DNA of 64,000 nucleotides from Lama glama (taxonomy: Eukaryota): positions 16,740,001-16,804,000 of the forward strand of contig CM052822.1 of assembly GCA_028534125.1 (NCBI GenBank), given 5' to 3'. Position numbers and translations under genes: made by a program. A model generated the notes under the pieces. That model worked only from the letters and a program-made list of their open reading frames with translations. It did no database searches and had not been told where the DNA came from. Below are positions 53,801 to 62,060 of this stretch, piece after piece; position 1 is the first letter of the stretch; each line of letters opens with the position of its first letter.

Positions 53801-55011
53801 AGGGCCAACTGTAAAGTTATAAGCAGGTTTTCAACTTCAAGGAAGGTCAGAGCCCTTAACCCTCACATTGTTCAATGTGTGACATATGTACAAACATACA
53901 TACATATATACACGTATTTTTTATATGTTTAGAGGAATAATCCTGTCAATACTATATAACGTCACAACCTATATGATGAAATGACCCTTACTAGAAAAGT
54001 AAAAATGTCACTTGGCAGTGAGAGAGAGACAGCCAGGAAGCAAGAGGGATGGAGGGAAGTCAGGAAAGAAGAAAGGGAAGGAGCAAACACGTGTGTTATC
54101 ACAGCTAAAGAAATTCCCAGCATCTTCAGCTCATTGTAAAAATTGTGAGTTCTTGGAGAAGCCATCTTTGTCAGAAGGTACCCAGAGGCCTAAAGTTTAA
54201 TTCTCCTAAACATGGCCATATGAGAGGAAATGTTACAGAGTCAATAAAAGAAAACAGGAAGGGTAACAGTCCGAAAATAAAAATTCTGTAGTCTTTCAAA
54301 ACAATTTAACATTCCTCCAGTATTATCAGAGGCAAAGCTAATAACCCCCTATTAAAAAGGTAGAAATTAAGCAAAGGCGCGCCCCACTTTAGGTGTTTAA
54401 CCCACTCTCTTCAACAGAAGAAAATCAAGTATCTAAATAAAGGTTATACGTCCTTCCTTTCAGAGGAAGATTTTTTAAATTTTAATTTTTCATTATAATT
54501 AGAGAATGGTTTGTATTAAGACCACCAGCTTGAATATAGTTATAAACATGTTATTAGCAAATTGATTTCTTTTTCTAATAGCTTTATTGCATTTTTGCAT
54601 ACAGTATCTATTATACCCTAAGAGCAATTATTTTAACCTCATGAAGATTCAGCTACATTATTCATAAGGACTATCCAAAAACTGTAACTCTTTGAAATTA
54701 GTTGATCTATAATCCCAATCACTACCAAGATTATCCTCAACTTCTTTCTGGAAAAGAGCAATGACACCCTCCTCAAGTATTCAGTCAAGACCCAAAGGCT
54801 CCTTTGGATCCTTACTTGTTACAGCCATCTGGCCTGCTGTCAGAAGGGCCAACCACAGTGTCCATGAATGTCGCAATGTTGGAAAATCCAGCTGGCAGTT
54901 CATCCCACTCATCAAATTTAATGCCACTGCCCAAGGAGTAGGTGCCTTCACCACACTTACTGCACACCTGGTTCTTCATTTCGAGATACTCCCCAGAAGC
55001 ACAGGAGAAGG
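1073..55011 (-). CDS. ELAPOR2: ELAPOR2 (endosome-lysosome associated apoptosis and autophagy regulator 2), 5'-partial spliced CDS, exons 3-22
   Basis: 20 exons join in phase into a cysteine-rich type I membrane protein ([16 protein letters not shown]...[34 protein letters not shown]...SRSPNI*), about 926 aa if the gapped exon 9 is 181 nt. It matches the recalled human KIAA1324L/ELAPOR2 sequence. Exons 1-2 were not found in the window. Confidence 0.97.
1790..1990 (-). mobile_element. Ancient L2 LINE fragment
   Basis: Purine-rich sequence resembling recalled L2 consensus (tcattg..acttggacaaagc..gaagtgaataaagatgaagaa); boundaries approximate. Confidence 0.45.
2085..2723. repeat. Inverted repeat, arms 2085-2131 and 2682-2723, about 550 bp spacer
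   Basis: gctacacagtcaggattataggggA10tcacagcgtgaac versus gttcacgctgtgaT7cctataatcctgaccatgtagc. Confidence 0.9.
2985..3973 (+). mobile_element. Decayed ERV internal 3' region: env TM subunit remnant plus polypurine tract
   Basis: 3241: [38 protein letters not shown]; after a frameshift at 3362: [26 protein letters not shown] (ISD-like plus CX6CC); 3652: [16 protein letters not shown]; 3771: [24 protein letters not shown] (anchor); PPT agaaaggagg at 3955. Left boundary approximate. Confidence 0.85.
3974..4519 (+). mobile_element. LTR40-like (ERVL class) 3' LTR
   Basis: TGTTGGGAGAAAATTCCCCATGG...GGGTAAAATCT..CTTGACA with TG...CA termini and repeated 'ggagcaaagggcaggc-tgctta'-type units; matches recalled LTR40a consensus. 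Confidence 0.8.
5548..5713 (-). CDS. ELAPOR2: ELAPOR2 exon 21 (166 nt), cytoplasmic tail
   Basis: acttag|A CTG GAG TAC ... ACA AAG|gtgaga; [14 protein letters not shown]...KLKSLATK. Confidence 0.96.
6687..6865 (-). CDS. ELAPOR2: ELAPOR2 exon 20 (179 nt), contains the transmembrane helix
   Basis: ccaaag|GAA ACC ... CAG AA|gtaagt; [11 protein letters not shown]...[25 protein letters not shown]. Confidence 0.96.
7455..10084 (+). mobile_element. Near full-length hAT-Charlie DNA transposon fossil (Charlie7/Charlie9-like), FAM200/Buster-like transposase pseudo-ORF
   Basis: Left end caatattttcaaac, right end gtttgaaaaattg. Internal translated pieces: [27 protein letters not shown]...[83 protein letters not shown]. 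These are colinear with the recalled FAM200A sequence, with many stops and frameshifts. Confidence 0.85.
10520..10930 (+). mobile_element. Old L1ME-type 3' fragment
   Basis: gcaatgaagtaggcattctcaaacaccact...gttcatgacagagttattt..., typical ancient L1 3' end; approximate. Confidence 0.5.
11333..11459 (-). CDS. ELAPOR2: ELAPOR2 exon 19 (127 nt)
   Basis: tttcag|C AAG TGT ... TTT CAG|gtaagg; [18 protein letters not shown]...CKRGFQ. Confidence 0.96.
11755..11983. other. Assembly gap (229 N)
   Basis: N run inside an L1. Confidence 0.99.
12050..12210 (+). mobile_element. Artiodactyl-type L1 3' tail nested in the older L1
   Basis: caaggtcctactgaatagcatggggaact..atattcaatacc...acacaacactgtaaaccaactatccttcaa. 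Confidence 0.75.
16697..16827. other. Assembly gap (131 N)
   Basis: N run inside an L1. Confidence 0.99.
16952..17033 (-). mobile_element. 82 bp L1 3' tail inserted into the L1, with target-site duplication
   Basis: Flanked by tgcctatctattctt (16937-16951) and tggctatcttttctt (17034-17048). Confidence 0.75.
21286..21387 (-). CDS. ELAPOR2: ELAPOR2 exon 18 (102 nt)
   Basis: aaatag|G TCC TCT ... CCT AG|gtattc; [13 protein letters not shown]...GVISVP. Confidence 0.95.
21934..22030 (-). CDS. ELAPOR2: ELAPOR2 exon 17 (97 nt)
   Basis: atctag|GA GTG ACA ... TAT AA|gtaagt; [31 protein letters not shown]. Confidence 0.95.
23284..23473 (-). CDS. ELAPOR2: ELAPOR2 exon 16 (190 nt)
   Basis: ttctag|GGG AAG AAG ATG ... 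TTA G|gtaagc; [10 protein letters not shown]...ILADTFL. Confidence 0.96.
23510..23675. mobile_element. MER5-type hAT-Charlie MITE
   Basis: ccctgaaattctgatttaactgatct..ggggcctgggcaccagcacttttaaaaagctc..cagggttgagagtcattg. Confidence 0.6.
25488..25661 (-). CDS. ELAPOR2: ELAPOR2 exon 15 (174 nt)
   Basis: tcaaag|GAC CAC ... CAT GAG|gtgagt; DHSVCYSDC...NISLCGHE. Confidence 0.95.
26381..26644 (-). CDS. ELAPOR2: ELAPOR2 exon 14 (264 nt)
   Basis: ttttag|AAC AGA CGG ... ACT CAG|gtaagt; [13 protein letters not shown]...CGPGSRSTQ. Confidence 0.96.
28204..28341 (-). CDS. ELAPOR2: ELAPOR2 exon 13 (138 nt)
   Basis: ttttag|GAT ATT AAT ... CAA GAT|gtaagt; [15 protein letters not shown]...RTNQGQD. Confidence 0.95.
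29600..30480 (-). mobile_element. L2 fragment(s) with a nested MER5A
   Basis: ccctcaagaaagcttggtc..., cagaagaggtgatgtttgagctg, gtcatgctaaggaatttt, typical of L2; approximate. Confidence 0.55.
30013..30164. mobile_element. MER5A MITE
   Basis: ggttctca...gctgggccccaccaccagagg...tgcattcctaacaagttcccaggtga...cactttgagaatcactg. Confidence 0.75.
31316..31418 (-). CDS. ELAPOR2: ELAPOR2 exon 12 (103 nt)
   Basis: caatag|G CCG CCG ... ATG GTG|gtaagc; [10 protein letters not shown]...CVLYFMV. Confidence 0.95.
32077..32167 (-). CDS. ELAPOR2: ELAPOR2 exon 11 (91 nt)
   Basis: ttctag|GT TGG GAG ... TTT AA|gtaaga; [29 protein letters not shown]. Confidence 0.95.
33529..33970 (+). mobile_element. MLT1B/C-type MaLR LTR
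   Basis: tgaagtcctaaatccccagt..tttggaaatag..aatccaatatgactggtgttcttat..gccacaagccaagga..catggccctgcc..ctccagaactg. Confidence 0.85.
34055..35130 (-). mobile_element. Two successive ancient L1ME-type 3' fragments
   Basis: AT-rich; accaccgctaacattttg..., taattattgggtcaaa, ataaattcccagaagtggaattactgggt. Confidence 0.55.
35797..35824. repeat. (CA)14 microsatellite
   Basis: Direct count. Confidence 0.95.
36892..37020 (-). CDS. ELAPOR2: ELAPOR2 exon 10 (129 nt)
   Basis: ctgtag|AA TGT AGA ... AAT G|gtgagt; [13 protein letters not shown]...KCDGMN. Confidence 0.96.
37808..37976 (-). mobile_element. vic-1-type camelid tRNA-derived SINE
   Basis: Minus strand GGGGAGGATATAGCTCAGTGGTAGAG..GAGGTCCTGGGTTCAATCTCTAGTACTTCCATTAAAA..AAACCTAATTACGTCTCCCC plus A-rich tail; degenerate TSD at 37784-37807 and 37977-38000. 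Confidence 0.88.
38485..38516 (-). CDS. ELAPOR2: ELAPOR2 exon 9, visible 3' part only (remainder in N gap)
   Basis: T CCT CCT GGA ACG TTT TCA GAT GGA ACA AAG G|gtaggg = [10 protein letters not shown]; phase matches exon 10. Confidence 0.9.
38517..38713. other. Assembly gap (197 N) covering most of ELAPOR2 exon 9
   Basis: N run abutting the coding sequence. Confidence 0.99.
41490..41860 (+). mobile_element. Old MLT1J/K-type MaLR LTR fragment
   Basis: tggttggtctgagatgggctcatgattcaagcagggccaat...catgcctgagaaggaaatcaa; approximate. Confidence 0.5.
43002..43574 (+). mobile_element. ERV1-like solo LTR (573 bp)
   Basis: Inverted termini TGTTA...TAACA, GC box 43059-43070, TATA-like ctatgtaa near 43411, AATAAA 43487-43492, U5-like 'tgagacaagaacc'; no clear TSD. 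Confidence 0.85.
43779..43867 (-). CDS. ELAPOR2: ELAPOR2 exon 8 (89 nt)
   Basis: ttgcag|AA GAA GGA ... GGA AAG|gtacag; [12 protein letters not shown]...PCDEEGK. Confidence 0.94.
44284..44436 (-). CDS. ELAPOR2: ELAPOR2 exon 7 (153 nt)
   Basis: ccacag|GG GTG GCA ... TCA G|gtaaga; [13 protein letters not shown]...DEDSQFS. Confidence 0.96.
45471..45576 (-). CDS. ELAPOR2: ELAPOR2 exon 6 (106 nt)
   Basis: ttacag|GTA ATG ... GAA G|gtattt; [12 protein letters not shown]...KNITIE. Confidence 0.95.
47145..47535 (-). mobile_element. 5'-truncated artiodactyl-type L1 3' end
   Basis: ttgaagtgtagtcagtttacaatgtt...ttttagattccacacataagcgacatcata...gacttacttcacttagtatg. Confidence 0.85.
47822..47908 (-). 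CDS. ELAPOR2: ELAPOR2 exon 5 (87 nt)
   Basis: ctacag|ATT CAG ... CAT TCT|gtaagt; [29 protein letters not shown] (not in the ORF track). Confidence 0.95.
50427..50574 (-). CDS. ELAPOR2: ELAPOR2 exon 4 (148 nt)
   Basis: ccacag|C TCT TCT TGG ... TTC TTT|gtaagg; SSWIPRGNY...NIFFEFF. Confidence 0.96.
51890..52065 (+). mobile_element. MER58A-like hAT-Charlie MITE
   Basis: taaagggccagagagtcaataattttggctttgtg...aaaagcagccacagacaatatgtaa...gttccaatgcaattttatttacaa. Confidence 0.75.
52651..52676. repeat. (CA)13 microsatellite
   Basis: Direct count. Confidence 0.95.
53251..53639. mobile_element. TcMar-Tigger non-autonomous element
   Basis: TA|CAGGTTTCCCC ... GGGATACCTG|TA: terminal inverted repeats with TA target duplication. 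Confidence 0.85.
53678..53877 (+). mobile_element. MER8-like Tigger MITE
   Basis: caggtttgaactgcacaggtccactt...tggttggctgaatctg...agggccaactgtaaagttata...cccttaaccctcacattgttcaa. Confidence 0.75.
54816..55011 (-). CDS. ELAPOR2: ELAPOR2 exon 3 (196 nt)
   Basis: ttccag|CC TTC TCC TGT ... TGT AAC AA|gtaag; encodes FSCASGEY...SRPDGCN. Confidence 0.96.
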
Positions 55012-56264
55012 CTGGAAGGCAGAAGAACACAGAACACATCAGTCACTGCACCCCCATCAACTTCCCGCTGTTCACACTGCCATCAGCATTATTTTCATAA
55101 AGCTCTGATCCTGTCACACCCTAATTAAAGCTTCCCAAAGGCTCCCTTATCACCACATGCACTTGACAGTCTGGCCCCAACCTATTTTACTAGGCTCCTC
55201 CCTTGACCCATTCTCTTCTAACCACAACAGAATTCTGACTATTCCCAAAATGTTTCATCCCCTTTCTCTCCACCCTGATCTTTCTTTGGAGAAACACCAA
55301 AGGTTGGTTTGACTGACCAAGCTAACTGCTCACCTGGAAAACTCCTGTTCCTAACTCAAAAACAGCCCTCTTCATAACAAACCTCCCTGCCATATACATA
55401 TATATTTATATACATATACACATATACAGTTGATGTGAGACCTTGAGCTTCCAGAAAACAGGGATTATTATTTTGGGATTCCTAGCTGGATCTGACAAAT
55501 AGTAAGTGCAAATAAAGGGTTGATCCAGTGATTGACATAAACATAAAGGGGATAACGGGAGGCTAGTGTTTCAAGTGCAATACTAAACAAATATCTCCAC
55601 GAGTCCATGTTTTCATTGTTCACAACTCCCACCTGGTCATTTCCACAACCGCCATCGTATTCCCGGTGTCAAGTCCTGTGCTAATTCTGAGAACTGGAAT
55701 GAGAGACAACAGCCCTGGGCAATATGCAGAACCGCTGACACTGTTTTAGAAAAGAAAGCAATTCTGCTGCTAAGTTATTATTCATTCAGCAAATGCCTGA
55801 CTGTGTCCCCCAAGTGTGTGGCTCTGTGCTCAGGGCAGTATTAGTGACTCAAACATAGCAAAGAGCTTTCTAATCCTTTAATCTGGATACTAAAGAAACA
55901 AGAACAAAATAAAACCCCCAAATTATCCGATGAAGGAAAACAAATCTCCCAGCAGAAAGTGAAGCAGTAAAGCCTCACGTTTAGGTAGACTGCCCTTTTA
56001 GAATACATCTGGAAACCCAGCAAGAAATAAAAACAAGCTAATTTTGAAAAACCAATTTAAGAATGAGAGCTAAAACCCACATTCATCTACTTACTCACTG
56101 AATAAACATGTTTTTCTTCAGAAAAGCTTAAGATGCTGTACAATGAACTTCTAACCTTCAAATCAAAATCTCAAAATTAGCAGAACATCAGAAAATAAGA
56201 AAAGGTTAGTTAGGCAAAAAATATTGCATGCTGGCTATACGGTTAAAACTATCTTGGGACTAAG

Positions 56265-56450
56265 TTGGACAATTTCCTAATGCAGTGACCTCAAGTGAGT
56301 TACTTCATTTCTCTGGACCTCAGTTTCTGTCCCTGAAAAATAAGATAATAACCATAGAACTGGCCTTGTAGCGCTACAATGAGAAAACAAAATAAAGTGG
56401 TTAGCACAGTGCCAACATTTAATAAATGCTCACTACACGCTATTATTATC
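56265..56450 (+). mobile_element. MIR SINE (one of several; similar fragments near 18060, 22210, 40200, 49030, 57880 and 63880)
   Basis: gtgacctcaagtgagttacttcatttctctggacctcagtttc...ttagcacagtgcc..aataaatg. Confidence 0.65.
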
Positions 56451-56587
56451 ACTACCAACACTACCAAGAGAGAAACTCAGTTACAGAAAAAATTAATTTT
56501 ACTTCCTACAGTTTATATGTCTTCCGGTAAACTGATAAACAATGTCATAAACCAGGATCTCACATTACACTAAATCAATGGTCAGCA

Positions 56588-56739
56588 NNNNNNNNNNNNN
56601 NNNNNNNNNNNNNNNNNNNNNNNNNNNNNNNNNNNNNNNNNNNNNNNNNNNNNNNNNNNNNNNNNNNNNNNNNNNNNNNNNNNNNNNNNNNNNNNNNNNN
56701 NNNNNNNNNNNNNNNNNNNNNNNNNNNNNNNNNNNNNNN
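56588..56739. other. Assembly gap (152 N)
   Basis: N run. Confidence 0.99.
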
Positions 56740-56763
56740 CCAAGCTGAAAACATTTACTTTCT

Positions 56764-56942
56764 TAAATAAACAAGATCCTACAGTACAGCACAGAGAACT
56801 ACATTCAATATCTTATAACAACCTATAACAGAAAAGAATACATGTTATGTATGACTGAATCACTATGCTGCATGCCAGAAACTAACACAACACCGTAAAT
56901 CAACTATACTTCAATAAAATAAATAAAAAGAAAATTTTAAAT
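56764..56942 (+). mobile_element. Short artiodactyl-type L1 3' tail with TSD
   Basis: TSD aaaacatttactttct (56748-56763) and aaaatatttactttct (56943-56958); ends in tacttcaataaaa. Confidence 0.85.
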
Positions 56943-57226
56943 AAAATATTTACTTTCTGATAAAATGAAGTTATCATGGAAGACAGTTCAGTTTAATGTC
57001 CCAAACTGAAATTTTAACTAAATAATAAGTGATTTTTTGTAAGTTGTTAAAATGGACCCTAGAATCTAAATGGGAGATGACTGTGTTTGTGTTTGATAAG
57101 AGAGTGTTACTGCCCTTTAAAGTCATTAAGAATATCCCCATCTCTTTCAGAGGTATCTCCTTGTCTAAGGTCAGAAGGGAAACCAAGAGATAACGTTAAA
57201 AGTGACTGTACTGAGTACTTATAACA

Positions 57227-57853
57227 CAGTCAACTCCTCTTACTTACATTAGTTATACAAAGTTATCATGAACACTAAATTGGTGAATAATGAACCACTA
57301 CTCCCAGGGAAAATACAGGGTTAGGCTCCTGAAAATCTCTGGTCACAGCATCTTTATCAACAGATCAGAACATAAAACAAGGTTATGTGTGTTTCAGTTG
57401 AAAAACATTTAATAGATATTATTGATTCATTAACATTAAAATTGTCACCAACAGCACTACTACTTATACTTGAACTAAGCTTATTTCAGATATGAATCTT
57501 CTCCAAAAGGCACAGGACAGCCCTCTTGCACTCTTGCTGCGTCACTAGCCAGCACTTCAGCACTATTTTAAATAGTAAAATCACCAATGAAGAGTACAAA
57601 AATGCAAAAATCATGGCATTAAAAAGACTGTGCAAAATACACTGCTGACAGTATGAGAAATGAAATAAGAAGGCAGAGCGTCACCTCATTCAGCCTAAGT
57701 TGGGACCATGTGGTCAGGTGACTCAAACTTTTACTGCTCTGTACATGTCTGCAAATGACAATAAGCATTACATGTACTGATCCAGACTTACAAATAAATT
57801 TTTAAGGTAGGTACATTTTCAAATACAGAATCCATGAATGATGAGAAATGATG
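57227..57853 (-). mobile_element. MER82-like Tigger element
   Basis: Matches the recalled MER82 consensus (gaaataagaaggcagagcgtcacc..cagcctaagttggga..ttacaaataaatttt..caaatacagaatccatgaat). Confidence 0.75.
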
Positions 57854-60800
57854 TATTTTAACAGAAGGAGCAAGATATTATGCCCATCTGCTGGAAGAGG
57901 AAACTGAGGCACTGTATATTTAAATAACCTGCTTAGAAAGTTACCATTTAACAAGTGGCAAAGCTGATACTCAGATTTGGCCGTGTATGATTCCAAAGCT
58001 CATATCCCAAGAAAATTCAAGTCAAGCAATAATTATCATATGTAAAAAATGGCAAGTAATTTTAAATTAATTCACTATTATATTTCACCTCATGCTTCAT
58101 TTGCTGTTTTGAACTGTTAAACAATATTCATGTGCATTATAAAGCAATAACAATTTCCTATGCTCAGATTTCTTGTGAAATTTTTAATATATTATAGTTA
58201 AAACACACACATTTACAAAATATGTTAGCAAGCTACGAAATCACATGAAGGTCAATGTCCTTGCCTATAAAAGGAAAACAGTAAAAATATCTATCTCCAA
58301 GAGTTGTGGGAATAAATGAGATATTCCATATAAAACATTTAGCTGTGTGCCTGTCACAAAGCATGTAATAACTGTTAGCAACAATTATTAATAATACAAT
58401 TCAAGGGTCTGGGAAAATAAGAATTCTGCCACTAGAATGATGATTTTATATCTCTTGAGAATAATCACATGGTCAAAGTTAATCAAGTGGGTACGAGGCC
58501 TTTAATAATACAGGGGAGCTAAAGAGTCTAAAGCTTTTTGTATTTTAATCATTCGCTCCTCCTCAATTTTTTTTTCCCATCCTGGAAGCCAGCTCTAGAG
58601 CCACTTGTCAAATGAAGGGAAGAACTCCTGTTAAATACAATTTACTCCAGGAGAATTTTTTTAAATAAATATTGAGGAAACATATTTTAATTGCTTTCAA
58701 AGGGTCTATATTATAATATTCAACTGTGTCATGAGGTGCCCTTCAGCTCATGAGAAGCAAATGTTTTCTATTACTCACCTCTCTCTCCTCCCCTGATGTT
58801 ATGGGTCTACTTTTTAAAGCCAAAATAATCCAACCTCCCATCCTTTTTTTTTTTTTTTTTTAAACTCCAGGAGATTGTCGACGCAGCCCTGTGACCTTTT
58901 CTCGTAGGCACCAATCATGACCCGCCTTCCCTCTTCTGCTATCTTCTACCCTAGTTGCATCTACTTTTGACTTTAACACTGCTTTCTTGCCATTTGGTCT
59001 TTAGTTGGATCATAAAGGGTTTTTATAACCTTAAGGACTACACTCTTTTCATTCAGATTTATTTAGACTACAACATGGGACCATTTCAACAAAAGCAGGA
59101 TGATAGTTATTGTAAATAGCTGTTGTAACTGTTGTGAATGTGACTTTGACTAGATTTGATTTGAACAGTTAGCCATGTCTCAGATAAATACTAATTTTCT
59201 TCAACAACCTTGAAATTCTAGTGTAACTGTACAAAAGATAAGCCAACTCCAGAGTTCTGATATGAGAGCAGAAAGACTTTATATGAGTAAGGTCCACACA
59301 CTACTTAACAGTAAACGCAGTCTAGGATTTCATATTTTACCTAAGCATCCAGTAAAAGAGTGATGGTTAAAAAGAAAAAGAGAGAGAGAAATCCAACTTC
59401 TTAGAGAATCAACTGTGATCAAGAGATCATGTGCTAAATTCAGTGTTCTTTTTCTCAGCTTTTTGCTTCTTTTCTGACATCTACTTCTGCTACTATGAAG
59501 ATTGAAATATGCAGGTGTGAAAAAGCAGGTATGGAAAAAAGCATTTACATCTATCTGTCAGCAACCAGCAAATGGCTTACCCCCTCCTCCCTGACAGGAC
59601 AGCTTGCGGTCCTATGAGAGACTGGAAACCACTCTGAAAGTAAAAAAATGACATGAAAATTCAAAGCATTACCATCCTCATGCGACTACCTAGTACAATA
59701 TACCAAACGATGGTTTCTGAATTGAGTCATTTATATACTGATAATCATCTATGATTTCTGCCTAACAGTAAAGAACATCTGTTTTTAATATTTTCACCAC
59801 AAGGGTCTCTTAGTTTTGCTTTTTCTTCCTCTGGAGATCATGCTTTGGAAGATGATGGCTATCAATCATATTTATTCATAATTCATCCATTTTTGCTATT
59901 TATATTCAAAGTTATTTATTAGTGAAATTTGTTTTCTAAAGAGTAAACAGCAATCAGAAGCAGTAATAGAAGAATTTCCAATTTACTTGTTCCATGAGAT
60001 GTTGGTGATACAGTGAGCCTGTGCACTCTCATTACAGGTAAGTATGTAGGATTCACACTGTATTAATTCACTCAACAGATATTTCTTGAGTACCTAGTAG
60101 TAGTAGGCACTGAGGGTACTTTGGGGAATAAAATGAAAACAGTCCCTAGACTCATGGAGCATGTAGTCTAGTCTAGTCCAGACTTACCTTCCTCAAAATA
60201 GACTGAATTTACATTTCACTAAGCTAAATTAACTGTAAACTCTAGCTGATCTGTTAACCTAAGTTAATAGCTAAACAAAAAAAATTATACATTTATGGGG
60301 AAATGATTAATTAAATCAATTCCAGAATTAAAATGAGCCAATATGTCTATTTTTCCTCAACTGTTTCACTTCATTTACATAAGGTAAGTAAAACAAGGTG
60401 AGAGCTGTAGGCACTGCCATTACTGCCTACACAGGAAGGTCACTCTTACAAGTGTTATTATTCACGGCCATTAAGGGGCATACCAACAGGGAAAATAATG
60501 TAGTTTGTGGGCCTCAAAAATGGTAACTTTTAGCCAAACAATTATCATTATCAGATAATTAAAACTTCAACTGCCTGCCAGGCTTATAATTCTAATTCTT
60601 CTCACAGAAAACAAAAATAAAGCAAGAAATGGCAGCTGAGAGAAACTGAACATCAGATCAAATCCAGCAAATACTGGCTCTTTCTCCCTCAGTGCCAGTG
60701 ACAAGGAGAATGCTTGGACACTCTCTCTTTTAAGTTCTTATTTGTGAAATTCTTGGAGAAGAAAACATGATTTCTCTCATTTTACAAAACTCAAAGTGAG

Positions 60801-60904
60801 ACAGGAAGACTCCAAAATAGTACATTTTAAAAAGGCCATTTCTTGCTAATGTTGTTATTCACATTAAGGCATTTTCCCCCCTTGGCTGAAGGGAATCCTT
60901 GTTC

Positions 60905-60964
60905 TCTTTAATTGAGATTTTATTTATTAAAATTAAAGAAGATAAATAAAATCTCAATTAAAGA
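60905..60964. repeat. Perfect 23 bp inverted repeat with 14 nt spacer
   Basis: tctttaattgagattttatttat (60905-60927) and ataaataaaatctcaattaaaga (60942-60964). Confidence 0.95.
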
Positions 60965-61682
60965 AGTGTGCTTCTCTTGTCAAAATCCACAAGGCAGCAG
61001 TGCAGGCTGGTTGTGAGCACCTCATCTGTCTGTCACGTTCAAGTAAGGCTGGAGGAGAGTCATGGAAGGTCACACTGCGCAAATGCTAACAGTGGAGACA
61101 CTGCAGTGCTCCTGCGAGGAGGAAATATTCATGAGCACTGAAGATATGTTAGTACTCCACTACAACTCACAGATGATGTGATCTGAGGCATGATGTGTTC
61201 GTAACAGGAATAAATTATGACATGGAATCACAACTAACACTATCACAAGGACCAAAAGGGACTCTTGAGATCATCCAGTACAAACCCTTCCAACATGGAT
61301 GCCAAGTTTCCTCATCTGTGACTGCCCTGGAGCAACTCAGTCCAACTTTCCTGCAGTCACTACGGGCAGACTCACTATTTAAGGGCCTCTCACGACTCCT
61401 ATGACTCTCTGTCTAATAAATGCACTCCCTGTAGTGCCATGAAGCCAAAAGATTTTTATTATGGCTAAACCAAGAAAAAGCCACTGTTCTTATCTGAAGT
61501 AAAGAAGAATAGCATTAAAACAAACAAACAAAAAAAAAAACAAACAAAACACAACCTCTGCCCGAGAAGTCAAAAGACATGAATTCTAGTTCTAGCACAG
61601 CTATTCACCCATGTGGAGTAACAAATGAGCTGCTGTGTTAAGCTCCGAAGTGGTGTGATAAAACTATCAGAACTGAATTCTC

Positions 61683-62060
61683 TTTTTTTTCTTAACTCAA
61701 GTATAGTTGATTTACAATATTGTGTTAGTGTCTGATGTATAGCATGGTGATTCAGTTATACATATATATATTCTTTTTCATTATAGGTTACTACAAGATA
61801 TTAAATATAGTTCCTTGTGCTATAGGACCTTGTTGTTTGTCTATTTCATATATAATAGCTTGTATCTGAAAATCCCAAACTCCTAATTTATCTCTCCACC
61901 CCTACTCTTTCCCCCTGGTAACCATAAGTTCGTTTTCTATGTCTGTGAGTCTGATTCTGTTTCATAAATAAGTTCAGTTGTATCATATTTTAGATTTCAC
62001 ATATAAGTGATATCATATTGTATTTATGTTTTTCCCTCTGATTTACTTCACTTAGTATGT
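61683..62060 (-). mobile_element. 5'-truncated artiodactyl-type L1 3' end with degenerate TSD
   Basis: Flanks tcagaactgaattctctt and tcagaatcgaactctt; body aagtatagttgatttacaatattgtgttag...ttacttcacttagtatg. Confidence 0.85.

Noticed and set aside
61130-61194. CTGA/ATGATG/CTGA cluster resembling a C/D snoRNA
   Set aside because: No proper 5' C box, and it is antisense to the host gene.
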